Part shown: positions 1 to 11,000 of the stretch, in pieces
Layout of the letters: every line of letters starts with the position of its first letter
How positions within the stretch are numbered: position 1 is the first letter of the stretch
Source of the DNA: a virus
Lineage: Duplodnaviria; Caudoviricetes
Direction: 5' to 3' (one strand)
Length of the DNA: 64,000 nucleotides
Virus record (IMG/VR): IMGVR_UViG_3300014043_000503
Location: 51,182-115,181 of that record
Notes under the pieces: generated by a model
Told to the model about the DNA's origin: nothing
The model's database searches: none
Seen by the model: only the letters and a program-made list of their open reading frames with translations
Program-made: the position numbers and the translations under genes

Positions 1-1
1 C

Positions 2-961
2 ATGAAGGACTACGCCCTGCTGATGATCCACAATCCATTCATGGAGATGGGTGCGGCAGACGAGAACTCGAAGGCCGCCATTGAAGCCTTCAAGAACCAA
101 ATCAGCATCATCTACCAGAAGCGTTTCGGGATGTCTGAGGAGGAAGTCAAGGACATCATGGACGGAAAGGAGGGTGTTGACGGTACGTGGATGACCGCCC
201 AGCAAGCCATTGAGAAGGGTTTCATCGACCAGCTTCACATCATCGAGACCCCTGAGGTTGTCAGGCAGAGGGTTGCCGCAGCCGTTGAGGGCGTGAGGAA
301 CGTGAAGGCCATTTCACTCGTGATGGAATCCGAAAGCGAAATCTGGAACAAATCCGAAAATCATATTGTTGAACCAAAAAAAGAGAAAATGACAGAAAAG
401 GACATCAAGGTTTTTGCCGCTCAGGTCGGAATGGCTGAGGGTGAAATCACCGAAGAGAAGGTTTCTGCCCGTCTCGCCCAACTCATGAAGGCCGAATCTG
501 AGGCCAAGGCTTCAGCCAAGGAGCTTCTGGAGGCAAGGGACGAGCTGAAGACCGTGAAGGCCGATTTCGACAAGGTTAGCATCGAGCTTACCGGAGCCAA
601 GAAATCGGTTGAGAATCTGACAAACGACCTCAAGTCTGCCAAGGACGAGCTTCAGAAGTATCGCGACGCAGAGGCAGAGGCTTTGAACAAGTCTATCGAG
701 GAAAAGGTCGATGCCGCCATTGACGTGTGCAAGATCGGCAAGGAAGACCGTGAGACGTGGATTGAGATGTTCAGGAACAACTTCGAGCTTGCCGAGAAGA
801 CCCTTGCCACCATCCCAGCCCGCGAAGACCTCTCAGGAAAGCTGAACACACCTGAAGCCAAGGACAAGGCCAAGGAAGGCATGAAGACCGAGGAGGAGAA
901 GGTGAAGGAAGTTGTTGACAACACCGTCGGCAAGGACTTCAAGTTCCGTAAGTTGAGCTAA
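2..961 (+). CDS. ClpP-like head maturation protease with C-terminal coiled-coil scaffold (5'-partial)
   Basis: MIHNP and TWMTAQQAIEKGFID motifs typical of Clp-type prohead proteases; long K/E/A coiled coil; directly upstream of the capsid gene. Confidence 0.75.
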   Translation: MKDYALLMIHNPFMEMGAADENSKAAIEAFKNQISIIYQKRFGMSEEEVKDIMDGKEGVDGTWMTAQQAIEKGFIDQLHIIETPEVVRQRVAAAVEGVRNVKAISLVMESESEIWNKSENHIVEPKKEKMTEKDIKVFAAQVGMAEGEITEEKVSARLAQLMKAESEAKASAKELLEARDELKTVKADFDKVSIELTGAKKSVENLTNDLKSAKDELQKYRDAEAEALNKSIEEKVDAAIDVCKIGKEDRETWIEMFRNNFELAEKTLATIPAREDLSGKLNTPEAKDKAKEGMKTEEEKVKEVVDNTVGKDFKFRKLS

Positions 962-995
962 AAATCATTCAAAATCAAATTAAATTATTCAAGTA

Positions 996-2105
996 ATGGC
1001 TACATTCAGTTTTGGCGCCGGTACGAGCAATTACAATGGTGAGGTTCTTGAGGATCTTCTCACCTATACCGCGCAGGAAAATGAGACCTACAAGGAGGGA
1101 CTCATTCATATCAAGTCGGGTATCCAGAAGAAGTACACCCTGCCATCCATCCAGCTTGGAACCATCATCCAGGATCGCAAGGCCACTCCCCTGTCGCCCA
1201 ATTTCTCGGCTGCAACCCCCACCGTGGACGCAACACGCATGGGTCTTTCCATTGACAGCCTGGGTACTTACACCTTCGCTGAGCGTTATCTGGAGCCTGA
1301 GGACTTCATGATCTACATCGAGTTCAATCCCCGCGACTTCGAGGACTACTACAAGCCCTTCCAGCCCACTGGCACGCTTGTGTTCCGCGAGCTTGACCCC
1401 AAGGTGCAGGCTACCATGCTCCGTCTGCTGATGGAGCGCAAGAACCAGTACATCAACCATGCCATCTGGTGCGCAGCCAAGAATGCAAGCAAGTACACCG
1501 GCACGGCTCCTTCTTCTGGCAGTGCTGCTGCTGAGATTGGCGCCAACGACGTTGCAGGCCCCATGAAGTATTTCGACGGAGCCATCGCACGCATCCTCCA
1601 GAACGCCGTCGCAGCATCCGACAGCGAGGACGCACGCAGCGGCAAGGTCGTCATCACCGGCTCTACCTTGTTTGCTGACGGTCAGGCTGTCGAGGCAGAG
1701 CTCTTCGCCATGCACGAGGCTACTCCGAAGCAGATCCGCAAGAACCCAGGTCTCGTCTATCTGATGGACTACAAGTCTTGGGATGCCTACTCGAAGTACG
1801 TCTCTGCAAAGACCTACAAGTACACCGACAACACTCAGGAGAACCAGTTCCGTTTCCGTGGCAAGCGCATCATCCCGATGGTTGCACTTCCCGACGATAC
1901 CATCGTCCTGGGTAACTTCACCTCTGGAGTCGATTCTAACCTCTGGATGGGCGTTGACTACGCAGACGCTGAGAACGTCGTGCAGATCGACAAGCTCCAG
2001 AACAACTCAGAGCTTTACTTCTTCAAGGCCCTCTTCAAGATGGACGTGAACATCGTGAAGCCCTCTGAGATCGTCGCCCACGTTCCTTACACCTATGCTC
2101 CTTAA
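996..2105 (+). CDS. Major capsid protein
   Basis: 369 aa, follows the protease/scaffold gene, strong codon bias, P-domain-like segment (RGKRIIPMVALPDDTIVLG). Confidence 0.75.
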   Translation: MATFSFGAGTSNYNGEVLEDLLTYTAQENETYKEGLIHIKSGIQKKYTLPSIQLGTIIQDRKATPLSPNFSAATPTVDATRMGLSIDSLGTYTFAERYLEPEDFMIYIEFNPRDFEDYYKPFQPTGTLVFRELDPKVQATMLRLLMERKNQYINHAIWCAAKNASKYTGTAPSSGSAAAEIGANDVAGPMKYFDGAIARILQNAVAASDSEDARSGKVVITGSTLFADGQAVEAELFAMHEATPKQIRKNPGLVYLMDYKSWDAYSKYVSAKTYKYTDNTQENQFRFRGKRIIPMVALPDDTIVLGNFTSGVDSNLWMGVDYADAENVVQIDKLQNNSELYFFKALFKMDVNIVKPSEIVAHVPYTYAP

Positions 2106-2149
2106 CCGGGGAGCATAGGCTTCATTTAAGAACCTAAAGATTGCAAGAT

Positions 2150-2569
2150 ATGGCAAGAAAAGCAAGTACAAAGAAGGATGAGCAGGAGACCAAGGTTGAG
2201 AATCCCGAAGTCAATGCTCCCGAAACCAAAGAAGAAGTGACGGAAGAGACCAAGGCTGAAGAGACCGAGGCCACCGCTCCAGAGACCAAGGTCGAAGAGC
2301 CTGAGGCTACAGCCCCCGAGACCAAAGAGGAGGAAAAGGCACCTGAGGAGACGAAGGGCGAGAAATCCCCCGAAAAGGAGAAAGAGGCTGAGAAGACGGA
2401 GGAAGAGCCTGTCATTCCAAAGAACGTAGATGCAGTTCTGAAGCTGTATCCTAACTATCGGAAGCTGTGGGTTGACGCAAGGGGAATCCGCAAGTTCCCT
2501 GAGAAAACCCCCAAGGCACTTCTCGATGGTTGCACTCTTTACACCAACCCGTATTTCAACAACCAGTAA
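2150..2569 (+). CDS. Hypothetical protein with acidic E-A-T-A-P-E-T-K repeats and a small C-terminal domain
   Basis: ATG at 2150; imperfect repeats NAPETKEE / EATAPETKVEEP / EATAPETKEEE; lies between capsid and sheath. Confidence 0.6.
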   Translation: MARKASTKKDEQETKVENPEVNAPETKEEVTEETKAEETEATAPETKVEEPEATAPETKEEEKAPEETKGEKSPEKEKEAEKTEEEPVIPKNVDAVLKLYPNYRKLWVDARGIRKFPEKTPKALLDGCTLYTNPYFNNQ

Positions 2570-2584
2570 TAAAAATTCAAGCAA

Positions 2585-3955
2585 ATGCCTACAAACACTA
2601 ATTTGGGTGGTGTCTTCATGAAGGACACTGACGGCAATCTGAACACCGGTACATACCTGAGTTCCGAGAACGTCTGTGGTATCATCTTTGACACCAAGGT
2701 CGTTGGAGGTCTCGCAGCAGCTCTCGGAAGCGGCGATGCTGCCACCAACTTTGCAAATGGCAATGTGGTTGAACTGAACACGATGGACGATATTGCCGCA
2801 GCAGGTATCACCTCGTCCGTCATGTGCGGTCTGCCATTGTTCCATCTGACCCAATTCTTCCAGCTGGCAGGCGACAATCAGCGTTTGTTCGTGAGCTTCA
2901 TGGACTCCACGTCCGATGCAAGCTTCACGGCTATTGAGCAGATGCAGCTGGCAGCCAAGGGTCTTATCTATCAGATCGGCGTATGGACAGGTGAGGCTAT
3001 CGCTACCGCTCCTGAAGGCAATGGCGACTACAACGTAGTTACCAACGGAGTCCTCTCCAAGCTTCAGGCACAGGCAGAGGTTCTCGGCGGCAGGATCGGC
3101 CAGACGAACTTCGAGGGCAATGCCCCCGTCAACATCGTCCTCACGGCTCCCATCATCAATGCCGCCACGTGCGACTACAACAAGCTCCCCGACCTGACAT
3201 CCCTGAATATGCCGAAGGTGACTATGCTCGTCGGTCAGGCTGCAGGCAAGGAAGTCCACGACATCCAGCTTGCCCTTGCAACGTCCGTCGGCGAGACTAC
3301 GAGCTATGCACTCGTCGGCTGCGTCGGTGCAGTCCTCGCTTGCCTGGCCGTTGCTCCAGCTGATGAGAGCATTGCCCACGTTGAGAACTTCAACATGGCT
3401 CAGGCAATGACGTCTGCGGAGCTCGGTTTCGGCAACCTTACCGTTACGAGCGGAGCCTACAATGCCGCTGCATCGTTCACCAACATTGACACCATCGGTT
3501 ACACCAAGCGCAACACCAAGCTCCACCAGAAGGGCTATGTCTTCCTGACCACCCTCGACGGCATTGAGAACGGCGTGTTCGCTTCCAGTGACCAGACTCT
3601 CTCTACGGGCGACTACCGCCTTATCTCCCGCTGCCGTGTGATGCACAAGTCTCGCAGGGTTGTCCGTCGCTCCCTCCTCCCCTACGTCAACCAGACCTGG
3701 GAAGTTGACTCAGCCACGGGAACGCTCGGTGAGGATGACATCACCATCATCTCCAACACGGTTTACAGGGCCATTGATAACAACATGGTTCAGCCCGGCA
3801 CCTCGAATCCGCAGATCAGCGGCCGAGAGGTTGTCATCGACCCGAATCAGGACATCCTGTCCTCCGATCAGCTGTTGATCACCTACAAGCTGGTTCCGAA
3901 GGGTACTACGGCTGCCATCTATGTTACCGAAGGGTTTAGTTCAAGCATTGGTTAA
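2585..3955 (+). CDS. Contractile tail sheath protein (DUF2586-like)
   Basis: 456 aa before the tube gene; LHQKGYVF, DQTLS..DYRLISRCRVMHK motifs and C-terminal IDPNQDILS typical of sheath proteins. Confidence 0.8.
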   Translation: MPTNTNLGGVFMKDTDGNLNTGTYLSSENVCGIIFDTKVVGGLAAALGSGDAATNFANGNVVELNTMDDIAAAGITSSVMCGLPLFHLTQFFQLAGDNQRLFVSFMDSTSDASFTAIEQMQLAAKGLIYQIGVWTGEAIATAPEGNGDYNVVTNGVLSKLQAQAEVLGGRIGQTNFEGNAPVNIVLTAPIINAATCDYNKLPDLTSLNMPKVTMLVGQAAGKEVHDIQLALATSVGETTSYALVGCVGAVLACLAVAPADESIAHVENFNMAQAMTSAELGFGNLTVTSGAYNAAASFTNIDTIGYTKRNTKLHQKGYVFLTTLDGIENGVFASSDQTLSTGDYRLISRCRVMHKSRRVVRRSLLPYVNQTWEVDSATGTLGEDDITIISNTVYRAIDNNMVQPGTSNPQISGREVVIDPNQDILSSDQLLITYKLVPKGTTAAIYVTEGFSSSIG

Positions 3956-3974
3956 ACCATAAAAACTACAGATA

Positions 3975-4469
3975 ATGGCAACATACATCAATCACGTCGC
4001 ATACTCCTGGAGTATGATTCAGTTGAAGACCACGCTTGCCGGTGATGCCGGTGGTGAAAGCGGTCTGCTCATCGACGCCACTGCTATCAACTGGAACGTT
4101 AACCGTCAGGTTGACAACATCTACGGTCTGGGAGGTCAGCCCCGTGGCCGTGGCTTTGGAAACGTTGAGTATTCGGCTTCCATCACGCTCCCCTATGCCA
4201 CTCAGGTTACGCTCCGTGCGAAATCCGAGAACGGAACCCTGATGGGTCTGGGTGACTTCGATCTCGTCGTGAGCTTCACCAACGATCTCTCCCAGTCGGC
4301 CAACACCGAGACGATCACCCTGTCAGAGTGCTTCTTCACCCAGGGAGGCATGAGCGCACAGCAGAACGATACTTCTCTCACACAGGAGTTTGACTTGCAT
4401 CCGTACCGCATCTTCAACCCCAAGGCGCAGTCAACTGCCACTTGGTCGTTCGAAATGTACAGCAAGTAA
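3975..4469 (+). CDS. Tail tube protein
   Basis: 164 aa after the sheath; AYSWS and IYGLGGQPRGRGFGNVEYSASITL motifs. Confidence 0.75.
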   Translation: MATYINHVAYSWSMIQLKTTLAGDAGGESGLLIDATAINWNVNRQVDNIYGLGGQPRGRGFGNVEYSASITLPYATQVTLRAKSENGTLMGLGDFDLVVSFTNDLSQSANTETITLSECFFTQGGMSAQQNDTSLTQEFDLHPYRIFNPKAQSTATWSFEMYSK

Positions 4470-4487
4470 CAACGGTTTGCTTAGACC

Positions 4488-4522
4488 AAAGAGGATATCT
4501 TTCGGGATATCCTCTTTTTTTT
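4488..4522 (+). terminator. Rho-independent terminator
   Basis: AAAGAGGATATC-TTTCGG-GATATCCTCTTT perfect 12-bp stem followed by a T run. Confidence 0.9.
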
Positions 4523-4599
4523 CGTGATTTTTTAAGGAAAGTCCTTCACGCATTCTATTATAAAGCGATTTTAAGTCAAACCGTTTAAACATTTATTCT

Positions 4600-5070
4600 A
4601 TGGAAGAAACAATGAAAGCACAGGAGACCGCAGGTGAGAACGTGGCTCCGGCAGTAGAGAACGCAAACCCTGAGAAGGAAGTTGAAACCGGCTCAATCAG
4701 CGGCGACCTGAAGGGGCTTACGGACGAAATGCGTCAGGCCATCAGCGCGAAGATCGCTGAAATCAAGAAGGAGAAGAAGCTGAAGCGCGTCTATGCCATC
4801 GTCGTGTTCGGTGACGATGAGGACGAGAAGGATGTCTATGTGGGCTACTTCAGGCGTCCTGACTTCCCGACCTACACCATGTTCTCCATGAAAGCCGCCA
4901 ACGACCCCATCCAGGCATCGAGGATGCTTGCCCAGAACTGCTTCGTGGCAGGTGACAAGGAACTGGTGGACGATGATGACCTGTTCTCGTTCGGACTGGC
5001 AGCGCACATCACCGCCCTCATCGAAGGAAGGGACTCTGAACTGGTAAAAGGTTCGAGCGTTGGCAAGTAA
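4600..5070 (+). CDS. Tail assembly chaperone (gpG-like)
   Basis: 156 aa acidic protein after the tube gene; ends at a slippery GGTAAAA overlapping a start-less -1 frame ORF. Confidence 0.75.
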   Translation: MEETMKAQETAGENVAPAVENANPEKEVETGSISGDLKGLTDEMRQAISAKIAEIKKEKKLKRVYAIVVFGDDEDEKDVYVGYFRRPDFPTYTMFSMKAANDPIQASRMLAQNCFVAGDKELVDDDDLFSFGLAAHITALIEGRDSELVKGSSVGK

Positions 5071-5255
5071 AGGATGACGGGCTTCGCCAGCGCTACATCT
5101 TCATAGCGTACTACTTCCCCCACATAAGGATTGAAGAGCTCGACGATGAGCAGTTTGCCTTCTGGTCTGAGAATGCGCTCTACATGCACAGCCAGGTATT
5201 ACAGGGAATGCAGGCTCAGGCTTTAGGAGCGGCTTTCGGGGGAGCGGCTAAATAG
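5043..5255 (+). CDS. -1 frame extension of the tail chaperone (gpGT-like), absent from the ORF track
   Basis: -1 frame reads KRFERWQVKDDGLRQRYIFIAYYFPHIRIEELDDEQFAFWSENALYMH...GGAAK* with phage-like codon usage and no start codon near its 5' end. Confidence 0.7.
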   Translation, partial: GKRFERWQVKDDGLRQRYIFIAYYFPHIRIEELDDEQFAFWSENALYMHSQVLQGMQAQALGAAFGGAAK

Positions 5256-5294
5256 GGTTGAGAGTTTTGATAACCGCCAGCCCTTTTTCTAAGG

Positions 5295-5410
5295 AACTGC
5301 AAACCTGTCTTTTGTCAGACTGGATTTACTGCATTGGCGTTTCATAGGGTGTCTGTTGACATTGCCCTCACCGCCCAGAACCCCGTTTCCTTACGGGGTT
5401 TTATTTTTTA
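5295..5410 (-). ncRNA. Putative TnpB omega-RNA scaffold (approximate ends)
   Basis: Hairpins overlapping and following the tnpB stop (AACCCCGT-AAGGAA-ACGGGGTT; GAGGG...CCCT; TGCAG...TGCAG arm), at the position expected for omega-RNA. Confidence 0.5.
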
Positions 5411-6536
5411 TCGCAACCAAAGCTTGAGGGTGCAAGCCAAACTGCAATATGTTCTTAGCTGCATTGACATCCCTGTCATGATGTTCTCCACATACAGGAC
5501 ACGTCCATTCTCTCACTTTAAGGTTTTTCACTTCTTTATTTTGATGACCACAATTACTGCATATTTGTGAACTTGGATCAAAACGCCCAATAAACACAAT
5601 GTTTTTCCCACGCCATTCAGCTTTATAGGTCAACTGTCTTACAAATTCATTCCAGGCAACGTCTGATATGCTTTTTGCAAGATGGTTATTTTTCAGCATT
5701 CCGCTAATGTTTAAGTCTTCCAGACACACAGTGTCATAATTCTTAATAAGGTTCGTTGACAGTTTATGAAGATAATCAACCTTTTGGTTTCTTACCTTTC
5801 TATATTGCCTTGCAACTTTTAACCTTAATATTTCATGACGCTTAGAGTGTTTATCGGTTCTTGCGAATTTTTGCTGAAGCCTTTTTAGTTTCTTTTCTCC
5901 ACATTTAAAATGTTTTGGATTAATATACTTTGTACCATCAGAAAGTATGGCAAAATCCTTGATTCCCAAATCAATACCAATGGCAGTTTCTTCTTGTATC
6001 TTGACTTTCGATACAATGGGATTGTCATCATCAACTGTGATTGAGCACCAATAATCGCCACATCTATCCTTATATACAGTTAACGTTCCTATTTTACAGG
6101 CAGATAGGTCAAATTTACGGTTTTTACACAGTTTAACCCAACCCACCTTTGGAATCTTTACCTTGTAATTGTCAAAATCAAAATGTACATTATTTATAAA
6201 TTTACAAACACTCTTTGAATGTTTCTTTGATTTAAATCTTGGAAAATCCGCTTTTGCTTTGAAAAATCTTGTAAAGGCATTATCGAGATTTCTCAATGAC
6301 TGCTGCAACACGTTTATAGAGCATTCATTAAGCCATTTTGTTTCTTCTTGTTGCTTTAGAACCGTAAGTTCTTTAGCAAGCTGGATGTAAGTGAGATTTT
6401 TCTTGCTTTCTTTGTAAGCATTGATTTTACGATCAAGACCCCAATTATATATGAAACGGGCACACCCGAAGAATTGGGACAACATACGTTGCTGTCTCAC
6501 AGTCGGTTTAATCTTGTATTTATACGCCCTTTCCAT
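5391..6536 (-). CDS. tnpB: TnpB RNA-guided nuclease (IS200/IS605 family), no tnpA
   Basis: N-terminal HTH, RuvC-I GIDLG, RuvC-II LEDL, Zn ribbon CSNC/CPVC, RuvC-III DRDVNAA; AT-rich compared with flanks. Confidence 0.93.
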   Translation of the reverse strand: MERAYKYKIKPTVRQQRMLSQFFGCARFIYNWGLDRKINAYKESKKNLTYIQLAKELTVLKQQEETKWLNECSINVLQQSLRNLDNAFTRFFKAKADFPRFKSKKHSKSVCKFINNVHFDFDNYKVKIPKVGWVKLCKNRKFDLSACKIGTLTVYKDRCGDYWCSITVDDDNPIVSKVKIQEETAIGIDLGIKDFAILSDGTKYINPKHFKCGEKKLKRLQQKFARTDKHSKRHEILRLKVARQYRKVRNQKVDYLHKLSTNLIKNYDTVCLEDLNISGMLKNNHLAKSISDVAWNEFVRQLTYKAEWRGKNIVFIGRFDPSSQICSNCGHQNKEVKNLKVREWTCPVCGEHHDRDVNAAKNILQFGLHPQALVAIKNKTP

Positions 6537-6561
6537 AATAGAAAACTTAAATTTTTTATTC

Positions 6562-6669
6562 TAATAGTATCTCAAGCCAACGAATATTTACAATCAATGT
6601 ATTTTTTAAGTTTTGTTAGCAAGGTTTGAAAATAAATAAATGGAGACTATCAAATCTATTATATAAAAA
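6562..6669. promoter_or_regulatory. Divergent late-promoter unit, copy 1
   Basis: TAATAGTA (6562), CAAGGTTTGAAAATAAAT (6620-6637), CTATTATATAAAAA (6656); same layout as 14883-14990. Confidence 0.65.
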
Positions 6670-6679
6670 TTATACCACA

Positions 6680-8005
6680 ATGCCCGGATTAGGAAAGGTA
6701 ACACTTGGAACCGTCAGCGACAATTCATATATCAACATATCGTTTGACGAAAGTATTTGCGGAATGCTGTTTGACTACAGTTCAGACAGCGGTGTTTTTG
6801 ACGCTCACCAGCTGATAGCCACCAACTTTGCGGACGGCCAGACTGTCGTTCTGAACGGTCTCGGTGACGCTGAAGGCTACGGTCTGCTGGATGAGAGCTT
6901 CATGTACGGCATCCCAGCCTACCATATCAGGAGGTTCTATGAGTTTGCCGACGATGATGCCGAGCTTTATGTCATGTTCGCCTCCTGCATCGCTGAATCT
7001 CAGGTATATACGCCAGACTTCAGCTGCATCCAGACCATGCAGAGGGCCGCGAAGGGAAAGATATTCAACCTCGGTATCTGGACGGAGCAGAGCGTATGGC
7101 AGATGAACGGAGAGGAAATAGGCTTCACCCCGCTCATAGGAAACATACAGTCTCAGGCCATGGAGCTGTGCGGAGGCGACGGCATGTTTGCCAACAACGT
7201 ATCTCCGCTAACCGTCATCCTCAATGCCAACACGTCTTCCATTTCCGGCTCTGACAGTAGGGAGGTGGATTTCAAGCACCTGCCCTATGCCAATTCGCTC
7301 GAATGCAACAAGGTAACGCTTCAGATAGGCCAGGAATCCTCGGACAAGATACACTCCATGCAGCTCTCAACGGTCTCGTTGACACCCGTGGGGCTGATGG
7401 GCGTTGCACTCGGATTCCTCAACAGGGCGTCGGCTGAGGAAAGCATGGGCTTCGTAAAGAAATACGATATCAACGTAAACGACACCCTCCCAGACGTTGA
7501 GCTTGGATTCGGGAACGTCAGCGTGGGAGGCGACAACTACTACACCCCGCTATCAGACGTCAACAGGTTCCGCCAGAACATCATGTCTGAAAGCGGCTAC
7601 GTGTTCCCGACCAGCTATATCCCAAATGAAGGATCGCTGTACTTCAACAACGACCAGACCCTTTCCGAGAAGGACTTCAAGTACATATCAAGGAACAGGG
7701 TCATGAGCAAGGTGAAGCGCATCATCAGGAGCATCATGCTCCCGATGGTCAACGGCAGCCTCCTCGTGAACCATAAGACCGGCTACCTTGACAATGCCGA
7801 GATTACGGTCATCATGAGCAGGATTATCAGCGCGCTTGACGAATACCTCATCAATCCTGAAGGCCAGCTGCAAGTGGGCGGCAGGTGGGTTGACATCCCA
7901 TTGGATCAGAAAGTGCTTGAAACGGATTCTATCAGCATGACCGTCCAGATCGTACCGCTCGACACCTCCGAGGTAATCAAGTTTGAAGACACGTATAGCA
8001 TTTAA
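6680..8005 (+). CDS. Second tail sheath-like protein (paralogue of 2585..3955)
   Basis: Shares ICG, LYVMF, LGIWT, ELGFGN, DQTLS, RVMxK motifs with the first sheath; ATG 6680 follows the late motif. Confidence 0.75.
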   Translation: MPGLGKVTLGTVSDNSYINISFDESICGMLFDYSSDSGVFDAHQLIATNFADGQTVVLNGLGDAEGYGLLDESFMYGIPAYHIRRFYEFADDDAELYVMFASCIAESQVYTPDFSCIQTMQRAAKGKIFNLGIWTEQSVWQMNGEEIGFTPLIGNIQSQAMELCGGDGMFANNVSPLTVILNANTSSISGSDSREVDFKHLPYANSLECNKVTLQIGQESSDKIHSMQLSTVSLTPVGLMGVALGFLNRASAEESMGFVKKYDINVNDTLPDVELGFGNVSVGGDNYYTPLSDVNRFRQNIMSESGYVFPTSYIPNEGSLYFNNDQTLSEKDFKYISRNRVMSKVKRIIRSIMLPMVNGSLLVNHKTGYLDNAEITVIMSRIISALDEYLINPEGQLQVGGRWVDIPLDQKVLETDSISMTVQIVPLDTSEVIKFEDTYSI

Positions 8006-8030
8006 TCACCAAAAAAAATAAGCATATATA

Positions 8031-11000
8031 ATGGCAGATAGGGTTTATTCAGTCAGATATGACATTGTTGCTGAAGCAGGCAAGGCTATAGAAACATTCA
8101 ATTCCTTGCAGAATCCGCTTTATAATTTAAAGCGAAATTCGCAAAAGCTGTCTTCCAGCCTTATGACAACGGTAGAGCGGCTTAATACGCTTAAAGAGAC
8201 TTTGGACAAAATCTCAAGCACGAGCAGAAATATAGAAATAAGCGTTACCTTTGATATTGCCTCCTTTAATAGAAACCTGAAAGAAATGGAGCTAAACGCA
8301 AGGGCTTCTGCAAACAGGATCAGGGGTACGTTTGAATCTGTTTTCAAGGATACTCATGGTGATTACATGAAAAAGCAATCTCTTCTCGGCACGCCAATAG
8401 AGCAGGGCGTGTCTTCGGGAGACAAGGAGTTGAGAAAGAGGCTAAAAAAGGAAAACAAGACTATGCAATCCCTTATTGGTAAAATGAGGGAAGCGAGAAA
8501 GCAGGCTGATATTTATACTATAGCAAAAAGAAATCTGGCCGGTAATGTCAGCGAAAAAGATGCTATCAGCTCAATTTCGAGCATATGGAAGGGCTTTGGC
8601 AAAACATCACTGGCCAGTTTAAAAAAGAAGATAAGAGAAGGAGTTTATGATACGACTGTCTTATTGGATAAGGCTGAGAAAGACTTGTGGAGGTCTTTGA
8701 ATGCAGGGGCGCTTGCTCCTTTGGAGAATGGTTCTTTTTTGAACCTTGTCGATGTGGCAAGAGATAATACTGACAAGATATTTAAAGCTATAGAAGAAAG
8801 AAGGAAGTCAAATATTGCAAATATAGCGTCAGTTCAGAAAGAGCAAAAGGATATTGCAAAGAATACAAAGCCGTTAATGGGTAGCCAAAAGGTTGTTCCG
8901 GGGCAACCTTTCCTTTCTGAAATATCAACCAATCCAAGGGAAATAGCAAAAATCAGCGAGGCATATACAAAAATGCTCAGGAATATCTCTAAGATAGGCA
9001 ACAAGAACATTTCCGTAAATGTACGTGGCAACTACAGAAGTCACATGGAAAGCCTTGCTGAATTTGCCAAGACAATGCCGTTATTGAAAAGTAGGACAGT
9101 TAAAGTTAACGTAAACGTAAGCGGTCTTTCAAAAACAAGTCTTTCAAAAATAAAGGAACTGAGTGGGATAACCGACAAGAAAGTCCCGGTTTCCCTTACA
9201 TTGTCATACAAGAATGCAAGAGATCAGGTTCCACGTACCCTTGGCGTGCTTCAGAGGATCATCGCTGAAAGGGGAGGTGTAAAGGTTCCGCTCACTATAG
9301 ACCGTACAAAGGTCGGTGGGCAGCTCAATAGCCTTGTCAGGAACCTCAGGACGCTTATAGCTGAGAACAGGCTGACAATCCCGGTCAACCTTCAGAGCCT
9401 TGACATGAAGAAGCCTAAGAACGTGCCGACCATTAACGTGAAGGCGAAGGTTACTGGCCTGACGAGTGCCGTGAGGGAGGCTAACAAGGCATTCCAGGAG
9501 AGGGTGAGGAACATGAAGAACTCCCCTGCCCTTAAAATACCCATACAGCTGAAGTGGGGCGACAAGGAGAACAACATGAGGGCTCAGATCAAGCGTATGC
9601 AGTCTTCGATCCCAGCCCTGAAGGTAAGCGTTGACCTGACGCTTGCGAAAGCCCAGATAGATGACCTTGCAGCCTATATCCAGAGAAAGGGTATCATCAA
9701 CATGGGTGCCATGTCAGGGCCTAAGTCTCAGGGGCCGTTCAGGAACTACAGGCCAGGCTCAGGTGAATCGTTCGCTGCTGGCGCTGTCGGTGGCGGAAGA
9801 AGAGGTTCTGGAGGTGGTGACAGCGGAGGCCGTGTATATGGCGGCGGAGGCGAAGGCAGCAACTTCCTGACAAGGCTGAGAAGGTTCGCATACCCACTCA
9901 CAGGAAACCTTTCCTACGGTGCATCATCCCCGATGGCCCTGCAGATGTTCAAGGATATGCCTGTGATGATGGGTGTGGGCGGTGCCATCGGTGCCGTGAC
10001 GAACGGTATCGGACAGGCATTCGAATATCAGGACACAATGCGAGTGGCAAGGTCTATCCTCGAAAGGAGCTATAAGGGCAACAACTTCGAGAAGGACTAC
10101 AGGAACATGGAAATGACCGCGAGGAACGTTGCGAGGAATACCAAGTTCACAGGCAAGGAGGCTGCTGATGCCGTCCGCTTCATGGCTATGGCAGGACTGG
10201 ACATCCCGAAGATCAACAGCTCCATCAAGCCTATCGCGGACATCGCCCTCATCGGCAGGAACAACCTCGGTGACATTGCCGACATCATGACCAACGTCCA
10301 GACCACCTACAAGATACCGGCAGACAAGATGGAGCGCATGGCAGACGCTATGGCCAACACCTTCACCAAGACGAACGTCGATATGATGATGATTGCGGAA
10401 TCCCTGAAGTATGCGGGCGGTATCGCTCAGCTTACGGGAACGTCGCTCGGTGATTCGCTCGCCATGATCGGCATCATGGGTAACAACGGTATCCAAGGCT
10501 CGATGGCCGGTACTTCAACCCGTATGATGATGCAGAACATGATACGCCCGAACAAGGGTCAGGCTGCCATGTGGAAGAGCCTCGGCATCAGCACCACGGA
10601 CGAGCATGGCTTCGTGAAGGATCCAATCAAGCTCCTTGGTGAGCTGAAGGGCTACGTTGACAAGAAATACGGAAGCAAGGAATACATGGAGCTCGGAAAG
10701 GGCGAGGAGTTCAAGAACAAGGCTCTGGGAACGCTTGTCTCCAACATGTTCCGCGTCACCTCTACGGCTGGCGTGGCTGCCCTGCTGCGTGACTATGACA
10801 AGCTGGTAGAGCTTTCGGAATCCAACAAGAGCAGTTCCATCAACGGACTCTCAAGCCGTCTCTCAGGCTTCCAGCAGAATGAGGTGAAGGGTCTTGTCGC
10901 AAAGGTTTCCTCGTCGCTTCAGGAGCAGATACTCCAGATTATCGAGAAGAACACGGGCTGGATCAAGCAGAAGCTCATAGAAGCTAACGAGTGGATGAGC

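Noticed and set aside
975-3646. Long minus-strand ORFs (e.g. 975..1715, 2126..3646) and similar ones across the window
   Set aside because: Shadow frames of codon-biased plus-strand genes, with no motifs of their own.
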